Source: Mycobacteriales bacterium (GTDB taxonomy: Bacteria > Actinomycetota > Actinomycetes > Mycobacteriales > QHCE01). From it: a DNA stretch of 64,000 nucleotides. The notes beneath the pieces are model-generated. The model did no database searches, was not told the origin of the DNA, and saw only the letters and a program-made list of their open reading frames with translations. The stretch covers positions 2,437 through 66,436 of the forward strand of contig JABFVL010000046.1 in NCBI GenBank assembly GCA_013362805.1, in the 5' to 3' direction. Made by a program: the position numbers and the translations under genes. This document shows, in pieces, positions 56,811 through 64,000 of this stretch; positions within the stretch are counted from its first letter, which is position 1, and every line of letters starts with the position of its first letter.

Positions 56811-57524
56811 TCATTGTGGCCATCGCCTAACAGATGCAGTAGCACCCAAAAAATCTGCGACGAACTCATCGACTGGGGCCGCCTTGAGCTGATCAGCGGT
56901 TCCAGACTGAAGCAGTTTGCCCCGCGACATAATCGCGGCTCGATCAGCCAACGCGAATGCCTCATCGTGATCATGGGTGACCGCCAACACCGTTGTGCCT
57001 AGCCTCTTAAATAGCTCGCGAAGCTCAATCACCAGACGATCCCGCAGCTGCCGGTCGAGTTGCCCCAGCGGCTCGTCCAACATCAGCAACTTCGGCTCAG
57101 GGGCCAAAGCGCGGGCCAGAGCCACCCGTTGCTGCTCACCACCGGACAGGGTGTTGATCTTACGTTTGGCGGCTCCAGCGAGCCCCACGAGTTCCAAAAG
57201 TTCATCGACGCGTTCTTGTTTGCCAGCCCCACTGAGCCCAAAGGCGACATTGCCACCGACATCCAGATGCGGAAATAGGGCATGATCTTGAAACATCAAA
57301 CCGACTCCGCGTCGGTGGGTTGGCACCGTGGTGATATCACGACCGGCGAGCACCACCTGACCTTCCGACGGGGTGAGCCCGGCGATTACTCGCAGCAGTG
57401 TGCTTTTTCCGGACCCGCTCGGGCCCAACAGCGCCAGTATCTCGCCGTTCTCGATCGTGAAGGACACATCGTCGACGGCTTGGCGCTGCCCAAACCGGAC
57501 ACTGACATGGCTCAGCTTCAGCAT
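56811..57524 (-). CDS. thiQ: Thiamine-type ABC importer ATP-binding protein
   Basis: Walker A GPSGSGKSTLL, signature LSGGEQQRVALARAL, Walker B LLMLDEP. The ATG at 57524 shares ATGA with the permease stop. It is the last gene of an operon headed by a TPP riboswitch. Confidence 0.75.
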   Translation of the reverse strand: MLKLSHVSVRFGQRQAVDDVSFTIENGEILALLGPSGSGKSTLLRVIAGLTPSEGQVVLAGRDITTVPTHRRGVGLMFQDHALFPHLDVGGNVAFGLSGAGKQERVDELLELVGLAGAAKRKINTLSGGEQQRVALARALAPEPKLLMLDEPLGQLDRQLRDRLVIELRELFKRLGTTVLAVTHDHDEAFALADRAAIMSRGKLLQSGTADQLKAAPVDEFVADFLGATASVRRWPQ

Positions 57525-59200
57525 CACATCTCCCCAGATCTCGGTAGGCGAATGCGTTCCAATAGCAACAAGGCAGCGGCGCACAACGCTGCGAGCAGCA
57601 CTGACAGCGCCATCGCTTGCCCGTAGTTCAGCTCCCCGGGCCGCCCCAGCAACCGGTAAATCGCCACGGGCACAGTGGGCTGATCGGGCCGCGCGATGAA
57701 TACCGTGGCCCCGAACTCACCGAGGGATATCGCGAACGCGAATCCGGTGGCCACTAGGCCAGAGCGCCATACGAGTGGCAAGTCCACGGTGCGCCACACC
57801 CGCCACGGCGAGGCGCCGAGCACGCGAGCCGCTTCGCGGAGGCGCTCATCGATGGATGACAACACGGGCGCCATGGTGCGCACCACGAATGGCACCGCGA
57901 CCAGTGCTTGGGCCAAAGGGATCAGCAGCGGTGAGTCCCGCAAGTCCAGTGGCGGTTCATCGAGTGCGATCAAGAATCCAAAGCCCACGGTGACAGCGGA
58001 TACGCCAAGGGGGAGCATCAGCATGGCGTCGAAGGCTTTGGTGAACTTTCCTGGCCGATGACTAAGCGCAAATGCCGCCAGACTTCCAACTATCAATGCG
58101 ATCAAAGTGGCCAGGGCCGCGAAATATATCGAGTTCCCGACAGCTTCAATCGCGGGGACGAACAGAGTGCTGTCAGTGTCGTTGCGGGCAAGTTCCCGCC
58201 AATAGCGCAGACCGTATCCGTCGCCAGTAGAGAACGACCGTTCAACAAGAACGGCCAAGGGCGCTCCGAGCAACACAATCATTGCCGCAAGGTTCAGCCC
58301 GAAAAACCATCGACGACCCCGCACACTTTGCGTGCTCTGCGTGGCGGGGACAAGTCGCAGGGCGCGGGCACGGCGGCGGGCAAAGTAAGCGTGAATTCCC
58401 AGCACAGCCCCCACCGTGAGGAGCTGCAGCAAAGACAGAATCGCCGCCGTGGGCAAGTCAAGCAGTTGCGCGGTTTGTCGATATATCTCAACTTCCAAAG
58501 TGGCGTATTGGGGGCCGCCCAAAATTTGCACGACACCAAATGACGTGAAAGTGAATAGGAACACCAGCAGGGCGGCGGCACCTACCGCGGGCGCGAGCTG
58601 CGGCAACGTAACGCGTGTGAAGGCGCGCCACGGGCCCGCGCCCAGCGTGCGAGCCGCTTCGGCTTGACGCGGGTCCAAGTGGGCCCAAAGCCCGCCGACG
58701 GTGCGCACAACAACGGCATAGTTGAAAAACACGTGCGCCAGCAAAATCGCGAAGACCGTTCGGTCGCCAGTGAAACCGAACCACTGGTCCGTGATGCCGT
58801 TTTGCCCGAGCAAGCCGAGGAACGCGGCGCCAACCACGGTGGTGGGCAGCACGAACGGCACTGTCACCAGCGCTCGAAGGAGTGCTTTACCGCGAAAGTG
58901 CAGCCGCGCGAATATATACGCTCCAGGCAGCGCGATAAGCAACGTCAACACGGTGGATGCCAGCGCCTGCCAAAGCGTGAACCAGAGGATTTCTTGGATC
59001 GCCGGATCTTCAAAAACCGCTTGAGCCCGGCTTAGCCCGGATTCCCCAAGGCCCCGGCTAATAATGCTGGCTACTGGATATCCGAAGAAGACCGCGAAGA
59101 AAAGCACCGGTCCGATCAGCAACGCCAGGCGAAACAGTACGGACCGGGTGCGGCGGGATTCCACTAGCCCAAAACCGTTGATTTCCATGTCTTCATCCAC
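57524..59200 (-). CDS. thiP: Thiamine/iron(III)-type ABC importer permease (duplicated 6-TM domains)
   Basis: 558 aa with two MalFG-like permease domains, a size and architecture typical of ThiP. The start is GTG 59200 or ATG 59188, overlapping the SBP gene 3' end by 25-37 nt. Confidence 0.75.
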   Translation of the reverse strand: MDEDMEINGFGLVESRRTRSVLFRLALLIGPVLFFAVFFGYPVASIISRGLGESGLSRAQAVFEDPAIQEILWFTLWQALASTVLTLLIALPGAYIFARLHFRGKALLRALVTVPFVLPTTVVGAAFLGLLGQNGITDQWFGFTGDRTVFAILLAHVFFNYAVVVRTVGGLWAHLDPRQAEAARTLGAGPWRAFTRVTLPQLAPAVGAAALLVFLFTFTSFGVVQILGGPQYATLEVEIYRQTAQLLDLPTAAILSLLQLLTVGAVLGIHAYFARRRARALRLVPATQSTQSVRGRRWFFGLNLAAMIVLLGAPLAVLVERSFSTGDGYGLRYWRELARNDTDSTLFVPAIEAVGNSIYFAALATLIALIVGSLAAFALSHRPGKFTKAFDAMLMLPLGVSAVTVGFGFLIALDEPPLDLRDSPLLIPLAQALVAVPFVVRTMAPVLSSIDERLREAARVLGASPWRVWRTVDLPLVWRSGLVATGFAFAISLGEFGATVFIARPDQPTVPVAIYRLLGRPGELNYGQAMALSVLLAALCAAALLLLERIRLPRSGEM

Positions 59201-60216
59201 TGCTCACGGTTGTCGGCAATGGTGCTTGGGGCGAGGGTTTTCGGATTGTCCACTGGCGTGGCGTATTTCTCAAACGCCGGGGGAAGCGCCACATCGTCGC
59301 GCACCGGGTAGACGTACATGTTCTCTGGTAGGTCTTCTTGGAATTTCTGGCTGATAAGAAAGTCGATAAGCTTGCGGCCATTGTCGGCGTTCTTGGCGCC
59401 ATCGAGCAGGCCCGCGTACTCAACTTGGCGGAAGCAGGTTCCCGGGACCACACCAGTTGGCGCCTGGTCCGGGTTTTCTCCCTCGCCCACTTCGGCGGGT
59501 GGGCTGGAGGCATAGGAAACGACCAGGGGTTTATCGCCGTTGTTGGCGCCGCCAGAAAACCGCTCATAGTAGGCGTGTTCCCAGCCGTCGACTACTTCTA
59601 CTTCGTTGTCTTTTAGTTGTTGCCAGTATTGGGCCCATTCGTCTTCGCCGAATTCGGCAACGCTGCCGAGCATGAAGGCGAGCCCGGGTGAGGACGTGGC
59701 CGGATTTTGCACGACAAGCTGGTTTTTGTATTCGGGTTTAGCGAGGTCAGCGAAGCTTTGCGGCGGGTTTTGCCCGTTTGATTGGTAATACTCGCGGTCG
59801 AAGTTGACGCACACGTCACCAAAGTCGATGGGGGTGAGCTGGTGGCTGTCATCGATGTGGAACTGCGAATTGACGCCTTTGAGGTCTTTAGCTTCATAGG
59901 GCGTGAAGACGTTTTCTTCGAGGGCTCGCGAGGCATGGGTGTTGTCTAGCCCATAAAAAACATCACCTTGGGGGTTACCTTTGGTGAGGATGGCTTGGTT
60001 TATCGCGGTTCCCGCGTCACCGCTGCGCAAGATTTTCAGGGTGATGCCCGAGGAGTCTTCAAACGCTTTTTTGGCGTCATCGCTGATGGCGAATGATTCG
60101 TGGGTGACGAGGGTGACGATGTCTTTGTCGTCGGTTGAGGAACATGCGGTGAGAGTGGCGGTGGCGGCAAGAATCACGGCCGCGACGACGCCTAGACGCG
60201 CGGAAAGCACTCGCAT
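59164..60216 (-). CDS. thiB: Thiamine ABC transporter substrate-binding lipoprotein
   Basis: ATG 60216 lies behind GGGAGC. The lipobox is LTACSS. VTLVTHESFAISDD...DVFYGLDNT resembles TbpA. The upstream 70 codons of ORF 59164..60426 cover the riboswitch and are rejected. Confidence 0.75.
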   Translation of the reverse strand: MRVLSARLGVVAAVILAATATLTACSSTDDKDIVTLVTHESFAISDDAKKAFEDSSGITLKILRSGDAGTAINQAILTKGNPQGDVFYGLDNTHASRALEENVFTPYEAKDLKGVNSQFHIDDSHQLTPIDFGDVCVNFDREYYQSNGQNPPQSFADLAKPEYKNQLVVQNPATSSPGLAFMLGSVAEFGEDEWAQYWQQLKDNEVEVVDGWEHAYYERFSGGANNGDKPLVVSYASSPPAEVGEGENPDQAPTGVVPGTCFRQVEYAGLLDGAKNADNGRKLIDFLISQKFQEDLPENMYVYPVRDDVALPPAFEKYATPVDNPKTLAPSTIADNREQWMKTWKSTVLG

Positions 60217-60221
60217 TGAGG

Positions 60222-60315
60222 GTTGCTCCCTATCGCTGGCATTACCCAGATCAGGTTCGACGGGTCGGTGGCGAATTGGCCACCCTCTCAGCCCGGCTTC
60301 CCGAGCTCCCCGACA
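60222..60315 (-). promoter_or_regulatory. TPP (THI-box) riboswitch
   Basis: The minus-strand RNA is GGGGAGCUCGGGAAGCCGGGCUGAGAGGGUGGCCAAUUCGCCACCGACCCGUCGAACCUGAUCUGGGUAAUGCCAGCGAUAGGGAGC. It carries the invariant CUGAGA and ACCUGAUCUGG(G/A)UAAUGCCAGCG blocks. The 3' end overlaps the SD of the SBP gene. Confidence 0.9.
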
Positions 60316-60502
60316 GGCGTATGCCTGCACGAACAATAGTAACGAGTATCGGAACCGCTCACGGGTTCGCGGTGGAATTTGAAGCTGAGCGTGCGCTGAG
60401 AGACTTTCGCTACGCAACCGTTGCATATTTCGGGAAGGTCACCTACCGTCAATATCGCTACGCCTTCGTAGCCATTTCCTTTCAGCTCAGGAGCTCCCAC
60501 AC

Positions 60503-62095
60503 ATGGATCAACACGCGGGACACCCACGACGCTGGGCAACGCTAGGCGTGCTCATTGTCTGTCTATTAGTCGTTGTCCTCGACAACACAATCCTTAACGT
60601 CGCCCTCAAAACCATTCAAGAAGATCTCGACGCCAGCCAAAGCCAGCTCGAATGGGCCGTTAACTCATACACTCTGATCTTCGCCGGACTCATGTTCACC
60701 GCCGGCGTTCTCGGCGACCGATACGGCCGCCGCCTATTCCTGATCATCGGCCTGCTCGTCTTCGGCGCAGCATCGGCCGCCTCGGCTTTTGTGGATACTC
60801 CAGCGCAGCTCATCACGACCCGCGCCCTGATGGGCATTGGGGCCGCGATGGTCCAGCCACAAACGCTTTCCATCATCACCAACGTGTTCGGCCCCAAAGA
60901 ACGCGGAAAGGCCATCGGCATTTGGGCCGGATTCTCCGGACTCGCCATCGCGATCGGCCCAATTACCGGCGGATTCCTGCTCGAACACTTCTGGTGGGGT
61001 TCGGTTTTCCTAGTGAACGTGCCATTCGTCATCGTTGGCTCCGTCGCCGCACTGATGATCGTCCCCGAATCGCGTGACCCCAAGCCACGTCGACTCGACC
61101 CGTTTGGCGTCGTGCTTTCCATCGTCGGTATCTCCACCCTGGTGTACGGCATCATTCACGGTGGCGAAACCGGCAACTGGACCACACCTGGCGTGCTTGG
61201 CCCCATCGTCGGCGGACTCGCATTGATCGCCGTGTTCGTGTGGATGGAAAAGCGCAGCACCCACCCAGCACTGGACGTCACCTTGTTCAAGAACCCCGCC
61301 TTCTCGGCGGGAACCGTGACCCTAGCCGTCGTGTTCTTCGCGATGATGGGGCTCACCTTCTCCAGCGCCTTCTACCTACAGGCGATTCGCGATTACTCAC
61401 CGCTGGAAGCCGGCGCCTGGCTGCTGCCCGTCGCCGTCGCTATCCTGCTCACCGCACCCCAAAGCTCCAAACTGGTGGCCCGGTTCGGTAGCCGCGCTGT
61501 CATCAGCACCGGCATGTTCATCGCCGGTCTAGGCATGGGTGGCTACTACTTCCTGGACTCCGACAGCCCCATGTGGCTGTTCGCCGTCACCATCTTCGTG
61601 ATGGGTCTAGGCATGGGCAACGTGATGGCTCCAGCCACCGAATCGATTATGTCGGCGGTGCCACGGGACAAGGCTGGCGCTGGTTCGGCCGTGAACAACA
61701 CGGTGCGAATGATCGCTGGTGCGCTCGGTGTCGCCATCTTGGGTTCGGTGCTGTCCACTACCTATCGCAGCAACGTCGAACCTGATCTGAAAGTTCTGCC
61801 CGAAGGTTCTCGCCACGACGCTGGCGAATCCATTGGGGACACCTTCCAGGCGGTGGCCCAAGTAGCCAAATCGGTGGCACAAGGCAAGACGCCACCTGAG
61901 GCGCTCAATGGGCTCGACATTTTGGCCCGCTCAGCGAACGATGCCTTCATCGCGGGCATGCACAATGTAGCGATATGTTCAGTGATTATCGCCTGGGCCG
62001 GCGCCATACTTGCCGCGATATTTATGCCCGGCAAGAAGTCCGCAGCCCCAGTAAGCGAAGATAAGCCGCAAATTGCCGAAAAAGTAGCGGCATAA
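60503..62095 (+). CDS. MFS transporter, DHA2 (EmrB/QacA, 14-TMS) drug:H+ antiporter family
   Basis: 530 aa with about 14 TM segments, motif A-like GVLGDRYGRRL, and SD AGGAGC 8 nt upstream. Confidence 0.9.
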   Translation: MDQHAGHPRRWATLGVLIVCLLVVVLDNTILNVALKTIQEDLDASQSQLEWAVNSYTLIFAGLMFTAGVLGDRYGRRLFLIIGLLVFGAASAASAFVDTPAQLITTRALMGIGAAMVQPQTLSIITNVFGPKERGKAIGIWAGFSGLAIAIGPITGGFLLEHFWWGSVFLVNVPFVIVGSVAALMIVPESRDPKPRRLDPFGVVLSIVGISTLVYGIIHGGETGNWTTPGVLGPIVGGLALIAVFVWMEKRSTHPALDVTLFKNPAFSAGTVTLAVVFFAMMGLTFSSAFYLQAIRDYSPLEAGAWLLPVAVAILLTAPQSSKLVARFGSRAVISTGMFIAGLGMGGYYFLDSDSPMWLFAVTIFVMGLGMGNVMAPATESIMSAVPRDKAGAGSAVNNTVRMIAGALGVAILGSVLSTTYRSNVEPDLKVLPEGSRHDAGESIGDTFQAVAQVAKSVAQGKTPPEALNGLDILARSANDAFIAGMHNVAICSVIIAWAGAILAAIFMPGKKSAAPVSEDKPQIAEKVAA

Positions 62096-62106
62096 GGAGC
62101 AGGACG

Positions 62107-62733
62107 ATGAGCACCGTGGCCGACCAGAGTAAACCCGAAACAACCAGCACGCGGGGCCCCGGTCGGCCACGTGCCGCAAGAACCGAAGCCGCTATTCACG
62201 AGGCCGTGTTGAACCTGCTCGCCGACCATGGCATCAGCGGAGTAAGCATGGAAGGTGTAGCCAACGAAGCGGGCGTTGCGAAAACCACGATCTATCGACG
62301 CTGGTCAGATAAACGCTCGCTCATTCTTGACGCCCTCAAAGCTATGAAAGCACCGTTGCCTCAGCCCCCCGGCAACAACGTGCGCGAAGACCTTCTCATC
62401 CTGATGAAGCGCATGCGCGATGAACACAATGATTCACGTGCAATGCGAATTTTTCCCAAAATATTCTCCGAAGTTGACAGCGATCCGGAACTGATACGCG
62501 CTTTCCGTAGAGAAGTAATGGAACCCCGGCGGCAACCCTGGCGCGATATCTTGCGACGTGGCATCGACGAAGGGACCGTCGATCCCGACATCGATGTGTG
62601 GGTGGCGATAGAAATGCTGGTATCACCCATAATCACCTGCAAAGTCACCCGCGAAGAACGTTACACCGACGAGGAACTTTGCCGCGTTCTCGATATCGTC
62701 CTAACCGGAATAGCGCCCCAAACCGCACGCTAG
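62107..62733 (+). CDS. TetR family transcriptional regulator
   Basis: HTH: IHEAVLNLLADHGISGVSMEGVANEAGVAKTTIYRRWSDK. It begins 11 nt after the MFS gene. Confidence 0.9.
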   Translation: MSTVADQSKPETTSTRGPGRPRAARTEAAIHEAVLNLLADHGISGVSMEGVANEAGVAKTTIYRRWSDKRSLILDALKAMKAPLPQPPGNNVREDLLILMKRMRDEHNDSRAMRIFPKIFSEVDSDPELIRAFRREVMEPRRQPWRDILRRGIDEGTVDPDIDVWVAIEMLVSPIITCKVTREERYTDEELCRVLDIVLTGIAPQTAR

Positions 62734-62826
62734 TATCCTCACACCACTTGGTGTCCGAATTGTTTACCAAGCATCCCCAAGTGGCATCGCCACGCTGAGC
62801 CGATATTTCCGGCGGAGGAGCACACC

Positions 62827-63249
62827 ATGAGCGCATGGGACATGGGACCATTCGACAACGACAGTGCCGAAGACCTCGTTCTCGAACTCGCCGACGCACC
62901 CGACATTCCCGCGCAGCTCGACGCTTCCATGCAAACGATCCTGCAACACCCTGGCTACCTTGACTGCCCGCTCGTGGAACGCGCCATCGCCGCGGCCTGC
63001 CTCATCGGCGCTAAATTGGGCATCAACGGCCCCCTGCCCGAAGGGGTCGACGAGCTCCTTAATGCCCGCCCCTTTGTTGTGACACCAGAACTGCGCGTCA
63101 CCGCGCAACGCACCTTCGAACGGGCACTGGCCCCGCACAACAACGAATGGTGCACCGTGTGGGAAGAAGACGAGCAACTCGAAGAAGCGATTGCCGCGAT
63201 CGGCCCCTACCGTCAACCGCTAGCGGCGACACAACGCATGGCCGCCTGA
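62827..63249 (+). CDS. DUF4259 domain protein
   Basis: The MSAWDMGPFDNDSAEDLVLEL N-terminus is characteristic of DUF4259. Confidence 0.75.
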   Translation: MSAWDMGPFDNDSAEDLVLELADAPDIPAQLDASMQTILQHPGYLDCPLVERAIAAACLIGAKLGINGPLPEGVDELLNARPFVVTPELRVTAQRTFERALAPHNNEWCTVWEEDEQLEEAIAAIGPYRQPLAATQRMAA

Positions 63250-63376
63250 GCGCCATCGGCTCTGCGTGAATTGCCCAGCGTCTTTTCGGTGAAGAAAACT
63301 CCAGTCCGCCAATAGAGCTTGATAGGACAGGCGTCCTTCCTTGGGCGAGCTGGGATAACAGGAACCATGCGCCGAC

Positions 63377-63430
63377 GACACCAAGTTAGGTCCAAGCCTC
63401 AAAATTCGGGCTTGGACCTAACTTGGTGTC
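63377..63430. terminator. Long perfect hairpin between convergent genes (bidirectional terminator or REP-like element)
   Basis: GACACCAAGTTAGGTCCAAGCC (63377-63398) / GGCTTGGACCTAACTTGGTGTC (63409-63430): a perfect 22-bp stem with a 10-nt A/T-rich loop and no flanking T tracts. Confidence 0.5.
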
Positions 63431-63492
63431 CAGCTTGCGAAATCGAATAGGGTTCTATGCTCACTATCGACACGCAAAGCTCTCGGTATTAG

Positions 63493-64000
63493 CTATTTTG
63501 TATCGCCCACGGCGTTGACATATTCGGAGTGTGTGCTGCTGCTAAGAAATACCTGCCCTTTAGGCATATTCTTAATTACGTTGCCGTTGGCAGTAGTTTC
63601 TCTGAAGCCAAGCACCTCACCAGCGTCGGGATCCACTACCAGCTCGGTATAGACATCGACCGTGTCATCGGGGTTATTGTTGTCTCGCTTCGAGCTGGAA
63701 GTAACACCAAACGCCATGCCTTGCCGACCATCGAATTCGACCTCTTGCGCCTTCAAACCTGGTAGATCTGCAGCTATCAGCAGCAGAGCCTCCCTTGTTT
63801 GCGGAGAAAGCGAAACCTCATGTGTGCGGAAAATCTGCACAATGAGCCGAAGCATTTCCTCCGATGACCCCTTATTGGGAGCGCCGTACCGTTCGCTGGC
63901 GGCAAGGAACGCCAGCATTTCAGCCTTCAACTGCGCGGGGTCCGTGGACAAAGCAATTTCCTCGCCTGCGGAAGCATGGAAGAATTTTTCACTGCCAGGA
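63493..64000 (-). CDS. Hypothetical protein; C-terminal part only, N-terminus lies outside the window
   Basis: ORF 63493..63951 begins at a TTG, but the frame stays open upstream to the window edge (...PGSEKFFHASAGEEIALSTDPAQL...). No family motif was recognised with confidence. Confidence 0.55.
   Translation of the reverse strand, partial: PGSEKFFHASAGEEIALSTDPAQLKAEMLAFLAASERYGAPNKGSSEEMLRLIVQIFRTHEVSLSPQTREALLLIAADLPGLKAQEVEFDGRQGMAFGVTSSSKRDNNNPDDTVDVYTELVVDPDAGEVLGFRETTANGNVIKNMPKGQVFLSSSTHSEYVNAVGDTK

Noticed and set aside
1-64000. CRISPR arrays, IS elements/transposases, rRNA genes and toxin-antitoxin pairs.
   Set aside because: I found no regularly spaced direct repeats, no DDE, serine or tyrosine recombinase motifs, no rRNA-like sequence and no obvious small two-gene TA modules when reading both strands.

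Overview
High-GC (roughly 60%) actinobacterial chromosomal segment, gene-dense on both strands. I saw no rRNA, CRISPR array, transposase or integrase. The conserved backbone is a dispersed purine-biosynthesis region (purD, purB, purS-purQ-purL, purF-purM), glyA preceded by a ZTP (pfl) riboswitch, and serS. It also holds tRNA-Arg(ACG), tRNA-Ser(GCT), a TPP-riboswitch-controlled thiBPQ-type ABC importer, a BldC-like small regulator, a Leu/Val dehydrogenase and a DUF3073 protein. Three accessory loci stand out. (1) 0.3-11.3 kb (possibly to 12.4 kb): a tightly coupled cluster built around a DHQS-like sugar-phosphate cyclase, with two kinases, a GlgC-like nucleotidyltransferase, a GT20 (OtsA/VldE-like) transferase, a class-III aminotransferase, dehydrogenases and an MFS exporter. 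This is the enzyme inventory of C7N-aminocyclitol or pseudosugar (validoxylamine/salbostatin-like) pathways. (2) 21.9-28.9 kb: a six-gene minus-strand operon encoding a J-like/TPR/2-TM protein, a lidless Hsp70, an 87-aa helical protein and a soluble three-module FtsK/EssC-like ATPase. It ends with a tail-anchored coiled-coil protein and a DUF4352-like bitopic protein. It is neither the housekeeping dnaK operon nor a canonical ESX/T7SS, and I rank it the best candidate for an undescribed system. (3) 31.3-32.6 kb: a graspetide-type RiPP pair (acidic/hydroxyl-rich precursor plus ATP-grasp maturase) wedged between DUF3073 and purM. The 12.4-21.3 kb stretch is a mosaic of TetR regulators, NmrA-like reductases, VOC proteins and an MMPL transporter. 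All product calls rest on motif-level reading of the supplied translations. No database search was run.
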